Source: Zygnema circumcarinatum SAG 698-1b
Lineage: Eukaryota; Plantae; Zygnematophyceae
Direction of reading: 5' to 3'
NCBI GenBank assembly: GCA_037447605.1
Contig: CM074816.1
Location: 945,873 to 1,009,872, forward strand
Length of the DNA stretch: 64,000 nucleotides
The notes beneath the pieces were generated by a model. It ran no database searches. It was not told where the DNA came from and saw only the letters and a program-made list of their open reading frames with translations. The translations under genes and the position numbers were made by a program. Shown here piece by piece: positions 11,420 through 20,500 of this stretch; position 1 is the first letter of the stretch; every line of letters begins with the position of its first letter.

Positions 11420-12001
11420 AATGTGAAATGACAAACGGGTCATTACGGATATCGTGGCACATATATGTGGGGACCGACACAGTCACTATAACGTGAGTAG
11501 ACTGTATTTCCTATGACGTGGCCAATTTTGATTGGCCCAGGTTCTCAATGTACAAAATTTTGCCTTTCTTGGAAGCTGCGACCGTACGAATATTGTACGG
11601 CCCACTTTGAGCCGGCTTTGGTGGGACACGTGGGCACGTGCCATTCGCTGGGACCGAGCCCGGCTGCAGATCTAACGGTGATCTGCCTCGGTGCGATCTG
11701 CGAGAGAATCGACGGCGGACATTCACCGCACGTGTGAAGGACGGCCACCCGCGAGCGATCACGTGGTGGACGGATCTTCCGCTCCGAGCGGATTCGGGCA
11801 GGCCCTAACATATTTTTGTCTCACAAAAAAAAAAAAACACGGGTAAAATCTGCCCGACGGAAAAAGCTGTGTATCGATTCCGAAAAGGTGTGAAAAAAGC
11901 ATTCTGTTTTTAATCCTTTTTTGTCTATTTAAAAATCTGCCCGGCGAAAAAAGGTCTGTATGTAGGGATGGCCCGCGTTATAAAGTCCGATTACATTTAA
12001 T

Positions 12002-12115
12002 AGGGGGGGTCAGACCTTGACCATCGCTTACGAAATTCAAAGATTCCCTATACGGAAAGGTATTGATTTCGTTTCCAGGTTTCGGCTCGGAAGCCGCGGC
12101 TCCCCCGAACCTGTC
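12002..12115. mobile_element. Truncated copy of the same MITE family
   Basis: aat|AGGGGGGGTCAGACCTTGACCATCGCTTACGAAATTC; no right TIR. Confidence 0.75.
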
Positions 12116-12164
12116 ATGTCCCGTCCGTACTACGGAATAGGTTACAAAAATGGGGGACAACTAT

Positions 12165-13177
12165 GGAAAATTCTATTCTCACACATTTTTTGTCTACACA
12201 CAGACCTCTTTTCGCTGGGCAGATTTTAAAATAGACAAAAAAGGAGCACACCTTTCACACCTTTTTTTTTTTCACCTTTTTTTTCACATCTTTTTGGAAT
12301 CGACACACGCTACTAGTCCTGAGCGGCCGAGCGCCGTGAGACCTTTTTCTGTCGGGCAGATTTTACTCCTTATCATTTATTTTCAGAGAAAAAAATATCT
12401 GCCTGCCCGAATCCGCTCGGAGCGGAAGATCCGTCCGCCACGAGATCGTTCGCGGGTGGCCGTCCTTCACACGTGCAATACTTTTCCGCCGTCGATATTT
12501 AGATCGCACTATGGCAGATCACCGTTCGATCAGCAGCCGGGCTCTGTCCCACGTGTCCCACCCAAGCCGGCTCCAAGGACCGTACAAAAGGCGTACGCCC
12601 GCAGCTTCGAGGAAAGTCAAAAAACGTAATAATTAAAGTTGAGTGCCTGTACCAATCACAGTTTGCCACGTTTAAAAAGAGCACGCGGCAGATGGTGATT
12701 GGTTCAAGCTCGCAATGTAAGGAATTTAGACTTTCCTCGAAGCTGCGACCGTACGAGCTGTGTACGGACCTCGAGCCTGCTCGGGTGGGACACGTGGGCG
12801 TGTGCCATTCGCTGGAACCGAGCCCGGCTGCCGATCGAACGGTGATCTGCCGTGGTGTGATCTGCTCTAGAATCGACGGTATAGTTTCTGCACGTGTGAA
12901 GGACGGCCACCCGCGAACGATCTCGTGGCGGACGGATCTTCTGCTCCGAGTGGATTCGGGCAGGCCGATATTTTTTTCTTTGAAAAAAACAAGAAGGGGT
13001 AAAATCTGCCCGATGGAGAAAGGTGTGTATCGATTTCAAAAAGGTGGGAAAAAAATGGTGAAAAAAAAAAAGGTGAGAAGGTGTGAAAGGTGTGTCCTTT
13101 TTTTGTGCTATTTTAAAATCTGCCCGGCGAAAAGAGGCCTGTGTGTAGACAAAAAAGGTGTGAGAATAGAATTTTCC
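12165..13177. mobile_element. Foldback-1 element, about 1 kb imperfect palindrome, inserted in the tip of foldback-2
   Basis: GGAAAATTCTATTCTCACAC... and ...GTGTGAGAATAGAATTTTCC termini, arms about 500 bp. Flanks gacaactat / ggcgactat are consistent with a decayed 9-bp TSD. Confidence 0.88.
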
Positions 13178-13876
13178 GGCGACTATTTACAGTGTACGGA
13201 TTCTGAATGTAGTGTACGATTTCGACGGGCAGCAAAAAAATCCTTTTTTTGGTTGCCCGGCGCTGTTTCATACTTTTTAGAATAGATACAGACCTTTTTT
13301 CGTCAGATGTACGGATAGTGATTTGAAATGTACGAAGCGCGCGCGTCTACAAGGTATAAGGGCGCAACACGTGGAGCAACATGATTGGTCGCGGCAACAT
13401 ATGACGTGGCAAGTATGTTTGGGACCGTGACGTGACAAAACGAGACGCGAAAAAAGTGGAGTCCGCGGACGGCAGTCGGAAATGGCCGGAATTAAAACTG
13501 ACAGAGAAAGATAGGGCACATAACGTAGCGTGTTTCAGGAAAAATCTGTCAGTTTTTATTCCCGCCATTTCCGACTGCCGTCCGCGGACTCCACTTTTGT
13601 CGCGGCTCGTTTCGTCACGTCACGGTTCCAAACATACTTGCCACGTCATATGTTGCCGCGACCAATCATGTTGCTCCACGTGTTGCGCCCTTCTACGTTG
13701 TAGTCGCGCGCGCTTGGTACATTTCAAATCACTATCCGTACATCCGACGAAAAAAGGTCTGTATCTATTCTAAAAGGTATGAAACAGCGCCGGGCAACCA
13801 AAAAAAGGATTTTTTTTGCTGCCCGGCGAGATCGTACACTACATTCAGAATCCGTACACTGTAAATAGTCGCCCCC
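13178..13876. mobile_element. Foldback-2 element: about 330-bp arms with a 39-nt loop (true left tip probably 12152)
   Basis: 13178-13505 is a near-perfect reverse complement of 13545-13873 (ggcgactatttacagtgtacggattctgaatgtag... / ...ctacattcagaatccgtacactgtaaatagtcgcc). Confidence 0.93.
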
Positions 13877-14010
13877 TTCTATAAAAGTATGAAACAGAAT
13901 TTTTCGCTAAAAAATCCTTTGTAAAAGCTGCCCGGCGAAAAAGTCACTGATTTCTGACAAAAGAGGTGACTGTAAATAGAAATTTCCCGTGTAAAAAAGG
14001 ATATGAAACT

Positions 14011-14094
14011 GTACGGTCAGGCGGCGGAAAATAACAGACGGCTAACTGTACGGCAGGATGGTGGACTGTACGGTAGATGTACCTCCCAGTACGG
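14011..14094. promoter_or_regulatory. Cluster of GTACGG motifs (CCGTAC on - strand; SBP/SPL-type core) about 400 bp upstream of the ATG
   Basis: GTACGG at 14011, 14048, 14068, 14089 plus GTAC at 14079. Function inferred only. Confidence 0.35.
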
Positions 14095-14352
14095 CGACGG
14101 CTATAGGCGAACAGACAGTCGGCGCCGCCTAGCGAGGGGACCGAAATTTGTGTACATACAGCCAAGGGGAATCTCGAACTGAGTTCGAATTTCGTACAGA
14201 GATCTAGTGAAATAATGAGCAGAAGTTCAATCCAAAGTACTTCCTTCGGAAAACATTTCCACACGCGGGATATCGTGGGATCGCTGGGAAGATGGTGCAG
14301 ACGAGGGAGAGGGGGCGGAGAGAGGCGGACGGCCGCCTGCCTGAGGGGGCGC

Positions 14353-14415
14353 GAGAGGGAGAGGGAGAGGGAGAGGGAGAGGGAGAGGGAGAGGGAGAGG
14401 GAGAGGGAGAGGGAG
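14353..14415 (+). repeat. (GAGAGG)n tract in the presumed 5' UTR/proximal promoter (GAGA-element-like)
   Basis: About 10 hexamer units ending about 70 bp before the ATG at 14485. Confidence 0.9.
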
Positions 14416-14484
14416 GAATAGCGAGGAAGAGAGGGATAAAGAGAACGAGAGGGAGAGGGGCTGTGAGAGCTGAGGGTCTGCGAG

Positions 14485-14590
14485 ATGGCTTCCCCTCCCT
14501 CCCTCCTCGCGCTGCTGCTCGCGGCCCTCCACGTGGCCGCGCTCGCACGTGCGGACATGGTCCCGTCCGGCCCTCCGCCTTTGTCACAAG
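14485..14590 (+). CDS. Exon 1: signal peptide
   Basis: MASPPSLLALLLAALHVAALARA-DMVPSGPPPLSQ: hydrophobic core, A-x-A cleavage site, donor AG|GTAACG. Confidence 0.85.
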
Positions 14591-17500
14591 GTAACGAAGA
14601 GTTGCGTGTGATGTCTTGTACGCTCGCTCGTCGCTTTTATCGCAAAATCATGGACTTCCATCATCAGACTAACAAGGACAGTCGATCTTGTGCACGGTCG
14701 TATAAGTAAATGGTGTGTGAAGGACAATGTTTCAGCCGGCTCTTCATCTTTCTGTTACGAGCTTTTTTCGTGTTCCTTTGTTTTTGCACATATTTATCGG
14801 AATCTCTCTCTAGCCCTCAGACGTTTCTCGAGTCCCTTTTTAGAAATTCCGATCCAGAATATGCGTGAGTTAAGTATCGGTTCGAATATCCTCCATGGAG
14901 CCACTTTCAGACCTTGAGAGGCGCCTTGTTCAATGGTTAGAAAAGGAGAGCTTTTGGAGGACGATCTGGTCCACTGACTGAAAGAGGGAGCGCCTTTTCT
15001 AATTCCACCATTTCATGGAGCTGCGAGCACGTAGACGACGCGAGAGTTCCAAAGGAAAGCATAGCCGCGCTTCCGACTATGACAGCATCGGGCAACTCCT
15101 TGCAATCATTTCATGCACGGCATCAGGAGTTGCAAGAGCATCCTTTCCCCTCCTCCCTCTCGCCCTCCCACTCCCTGTCACTTCCTTCTCGACCGACCTC
15201 ACTCCCTGCTTTAGCAGCAGGAGAGGGAGCTGTTGTAGCATTGCATTGAACCACCTCTTTCCTTGTCAGTACTCTCCTCTCCTATTGATGCCAGTCCTCC
15301 CACCACCTGTTGCTTCTGCAGAGGGGTTAAAAGGCGGTGAAGATTGCAGAATATGAGGGAACAGCCGATAGCCTTTCCGTGCGAGATGATTATCGAATCG
15401 GTGAAAATACCGCTCCAAAATACGCTTAATGACAAATGCGCTCTACTCCCCTCTCGTCCGACCCCTCCTGTGCTTTGAGAGCGGGAGAGGAGGCTGCTGC
15501 AGCTGCCTAGGCGGCATTAAAATTCTCAGAGCCTGTCTTCTTAGGGATTTCCAATTGTTAGAATTCTTCATTCAGAATTCGACATGTTCAGAACTCTTCC
15601 AGTTTTTATGAGCATCAGGGTATTTCTGCGCAGCTGCCAGGGTGACAACTCTCTCTTCTCTCCAGTGTTCAGAGATTTCATCTCCGCTCAAGGACTGCTC
15701 TGCCAACACCTCCACCTTCTGCAGATTTTGAGGGTTTGCAGGATCATCAAGTTTTTTCGTGTTTAGTGTTTCAACAGCTGACTCAAGAAGTGCGTAAGGA
15801 AAGCATAGCTGCAATTCTGACTATGAAAAAACTCGGATGCTCTTTCTGGCATCATTTATCCATGCATCACATTTTCATATACGGTTTCAAGTGCCGTAAG
15901 AGCTCCCTTTTCCTCTCCTCCCACTCTCCCTCCCTCTCCCTCTCAATCTCCCTTGCCCTCTTCCGCTCCCTCTCACTCCCTCACACCACCGACCTCACTA
16001 TCTGCTTCAACAGCAAGAGAGGTCGCGGCTGCAGCTGCTGAATTAGTATCGCAGAAGCCATGCCTCTCAGAGCTTTAACATCCCTCTCAAATTTAGGTTT
16101 CCCAATTTTTTATAATTCTTCATTCTGGATTCTTCATGGGTAGGACTCTCCCAGATTTTAGGTTTATTAGGGTTTTCAGGGTCGATCTCTGCGCTGCTGC
16201 CAGGTGGCAGCTCTCCCTCCCCCCTAATTCAGAGCTCTCCCCTCCACTCGATGCTATGTTTGTATTCACCTTTCTGTGACGATTTTTTTTCGTGTTCCTT
16301 TGATGTTTTACATCTTTATCGTCCATATAAGTATTGCTTCTCATTTTTCATTTTGCCAAGTCCTTGCTCGTGTTTTGTGTTTCCAAACTAAGTATGCTGC
16401 TGTCTACCATCTGGTACTAGCATTCTTTTTTTCACATTTTACTCCTGTCATGTGCTGCGCTTTAGGTCTTAAGCGCTATTAGGTACCATGCGCATTTCAA
16501 TATTTTAATTCCTCTGTTCATCGTTTGTTTATCTACTTGCATCTTGTCTCTGTGCTTGCAGTGAATCTGAAGCTCTGGACCGATACCTCAATAGAGAATT
16601 TCCTCGTCGTGCCCTCGAACTCGTTGAACGCGTGGTCTGCCGAGGGAAACAATTCTAATGACGGAGCTCGAGTTCAGTTTTCTGACTGTACGTATTGCCG
16701 CACAGCTTAGTGGGATTATCACTTGAGATATCCTTAACCTGATTCTGCCAATGCAACTTTCACAATACTTTTCGAACCTCTCTTTAAGTGGCTACAACTT
16801 TTTCCGCCCCTTAGCATGCAACATGCACGCGATTCCTGTACATGTATTTCTCTGGCTCGCTTTCGACGCATGTATATATATATATATTGATTGTTTCTGA
16901 ACAAAGAAGCTCTGTTGCGATTGCAGATTCTAACGGATTTGATGGTAACGTCGGAGCCCTGTGGTTCCTCAACAAGGTCGGAAGCGCTTACTCCTTTCAG
17001 CAAACGCGGGGAACGTGTTTAAATGTTCCAGGCGGTAGCACAGATGCTGACACAGTCTTGGTTATATGGAGTGAGCTCCCGCCCTGGTTAAAACCAATAC
17101 GCAATACATAATTGAGCTCTCTTGGTCCTATACAGAGTTCACTAGCTAGCTGGATATTTTATTTGATTACTTGGACCTGAAACAGCTTTAAGATACGGAA
17201 AGGATAACACGTGAGCAATGGAAGAATCGTCCAGATGCGTTTTTTAACGATTCTTTGAATGTTGTTGACTAGTCTTAGACGCTGGCAATATTCTCAAATC
17301 TCTGTGTCTGATGTCGATATGGGGTGGCCGGATGGGCTGCAGCATGCAATGGGTCCAGCAATCAGCTGTGGACACCCATCTACAGCAGCTCTTTGGATTT
17401 CTCCGTTCAATGGCAGAACGTGAATTCCGGCCTGTGCCTCGACGCTACCGGGTCCCATAATGGCGATTATGTAATTCAGTGGTATTGCAAGCCTAGCGAT

Positions 17501-20500
17501 ACTCCCGACAATGCCAACCAGCTGTGGCTGCCACTACGCCGTACAATTCTCTGTGAGTGTCTTCGTAGCCTTGATTGAACATTTCGGGAGTGCTCCTCGA
17601 ATCATCCATGTCTGCTTCTTGCCCTAACCGCAGAAATTTCTGATCTTGCAAGTGGGGTGCGAAGTGGTGCCTGATGACGTCAATTTGGTAAAGAAGGGCA
17701 GAGGGGCTGTCGGTTGTGAAAGTACTTTCGTTTTACTTCAAAATTGAACGCTTTTGGAACTTTGAGCTTCTAGAACCTCACTTTGGGAGCTGAACTCGTA
17801 TTGTTTGTTTGTTTTAAAAAGTAGACAATTGAAGCCTCAGCTATAGTTCGAGCATCTGTGGCGTTCTACTGTGTGGACGGCGTGTGGATGCAGCCCCAAG
17901 TCCAAATTTATTTGCATGCTTGGACCCCCCCAGCATGCAACGCAAAATTGCCCTCCCGGGGTTGAAGGGGTGTCCCTCTTGCGCGCACAGCCCTCGCGTC
18001 CTGCGGCCCTCGCATGCAAACGTCCTCGGACAGCCCCGGCCGGAGGGCGACGAGGGCCGTTCGATTCGTCGACAGGACGAATGCGCTCCCTCCGATCCGC
18101 GACCGCTTGAAGCCTCGCACAGAGCGCCACGTGGACAGTCCACAGAGGTGATTCCCCTCCGTACATCCCTCGGCACGGCCGCACGATGGCGGGCCCTGCG
18201 CCGATCTTGCTCCCACCGTGCATGATGACGTAGCAACCGGGCTAAACGCCACGTCATCGTGCGTGGAGGGAGAATTATGCCACGTGGCAAGCAGTGGTAG
18301 GCCACGTTGTTCGAATCTGCCACGTGTTCGTGCGGATGCACACGTGGCAGAGTCGTGGCAACAGCTACTCGCCGTCACGGGGTCCTCTCCTACTTCGATT
18401 TAGAACTCTCCCAGGTTTGAAGTATATTAGGGTTTTCAGGGTCGCTCTCTGCGCTGCTGCCAAGTGGCAGCTCTCCCTCCGGCCCCCCCAATTCCGAGCT
18501 CTCCTCTCCGCTTGATGCTAGTCCTCCACCGGCTCTTTCTTCTGCAAATTTAGAGTTCTTAGGGTCATTAGGACGTTTAGGGTTTTCCCAGAGGTTCAGA
18601 ACTGCGATGAGCAACAGAGGGCAATCCATTATATAGAATAAAAGAACAGCTGCACGTGCAGGAAAAAAATTGCATGGAAAATGGGAGCGTTGGACAGTAA
18701 ATTTGGCAGCCCCATAGTCGCATTCCGGAACCAAAAAAGATGCAAAAAAAGCAGGTTCTGCCATCAAAAGATTCGCAGAGAGACTTGCTCTCGTGAATCT
18801 AAGGTGAACGGGAAGTGAGAGACTCCTCTCTGTGATTGTACGGGTTAGGGCTGTGGGAAGTAAAGGGAAAATATCGGGTGAGACACAAGGTGCAATTTGG
18901 AATTTTGTGTGATGTTGAGTTTTTGATGCCAGTCTCTGAGTTGCGAATTCCACCAACAGAAAGTTCGTCCACTAGTCGATTATTTCTGTTCTATACTCGC
19001 ACTTCTGCCAGTTACACAACAGATTCGTTGCTCTTCCACTTATTTCTGATACTCATTTTTTTGAGCTCATGCAGCACTTGCTACTCCGACGGCCTTCAAC
19101 TATGTCAATTTCAATACCAGCAGTCCTCCCATCATGCAAGGTGATACAAAAGTCATCGCCAACAGGCTGCAGTTGACGAATTACAACCAGGGCCTGTCTG
19201 GCAATGCATTCCATCCGGCGCCGGTGACCTTGCTCAAAAACGGAACTGGAGGTTGCGAAGCAGCTTCGTTTAATGCGAGGTTCTCGTTTCTCATATTTAA
19301 CAACATGCAAGCCTGTGATGGGGATGGCTTAACTTTCACCCTTGTTTCTTCCAACGCGGACTTGAGCAAATTTGGGGCAGGCTCGGGGCAATTTCTCGGG
19401 TATTCCTACGGAGGATCGGCCACAGTTGGTTCTATAGCCGTTAAATTCGATACTTACTTCAATTATGAGTATAATGAGCCTAATGGACGACATGTTGGAA
19501 TACTTGAGAATCTCAACCCCATGACCATTGCATCAGCAACTACGTCCATCCTCAACACGTTGTCGGCAACCTCGACGAAGTATGCATGGGTGGAATACAA
19601 AAGCGAAACCAGCCAGTGGTCCGTATACTTCAGCAACGCGAAAAGTAAACCTGCTCAGCCTGTTCTCCGTTATAACAAGTCCCTCTGCAGCATTCTTCGG
19701 CCACCCAACTGCGCGGACTGTGTCTACATAACATCGGCCTTTGTTGGATTTACAGCCGCAACGGGGAGTTGCTATGACGCTCATCAGATTTTATCATGGA
19801 GCTTTGACAGCAGCTGGATGGGTGCGTTGCCAAACTTTTGTACCTTCATGGGTGCCGTAAGGGTGCATTTTCCCGCTCTGCATGATGTAGGAATCATACA
19901 TAAGAATGCCCTAAGCCTTTTAAATAGGATTTCCCTCACATTTACCGGTTGCTTCGTCGCATGGAAGCGAGATGATCGAATTCTGAGATTTACTTGGACA
20001 GTAATGCATTTAAAGTACTGGATAGCGAGTGGTTACGACCATCGAACGTTACAAATGCAAAGGCAAAGGGAAGCGATCTGCTTGCTGCCCCGCTGATGAA
20101 GCTGCGGAAACCCTGAACAAGAAAAATTGCAGGATTTTTTTTGTGCTTAAAAAGATAATGAAATGAATTATATATATATTCTCCTATCCACGCCTCGTTC
20201 TGCAGGAAATTGTGAGCTATCACAATCATCGTTTCGTATAATACTTAGATTATCTTGTGTAGTTATGCTGTTGTGCGTCAAACGTTATTAACCGACTGGA
20301 ACAAAAAGGAATTTAAGAAGAGGCTCGCACAGGTCGTCGGTCGTCTAGGGTTTAGAGTTTAGGGCTTGAGGGTTTAGGGTTTGGGCATTTAGGGATTGTA
20401 GGGTTTAGGTTTTTAAGTTTTAGGGTTTAGGGGTTAGGGGTTTAGGGTATTAGAATTCTGGAGTTTGGTTCATTTTCATTTTTCTGCACATTTAATTTGC

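Larger units (their letters stand above)
8930..11962. mobile_element. Outer foldback TIR element (foldback-1 family) containing three nested elements
   Basis: About 8955-9150 is the reverse complement of about 11770-11962, and acagtctactcacgttatagtgac (near 9275) is inverted at about 11482. The right terminus is replaced by another repeat. Confidence 0.8.

Noticed and set aside
8930-13876. Recurrent motifs as a CRISPR array or RNA genes
   Set aside because: Repeats are long inverted TE arms, not short direct repeats with unique spacers; eukaryotic context; no tRNA or rRNA structure recognised anywhere in the window.
19822-20096. C-terminal 90 aa of the 320-aa lectin ORF
   Set aside because: Lectin homology ends at SWSFDSS; a phase-1 donor at 19822 links cleanly to exon 6, so this is intron read-through.
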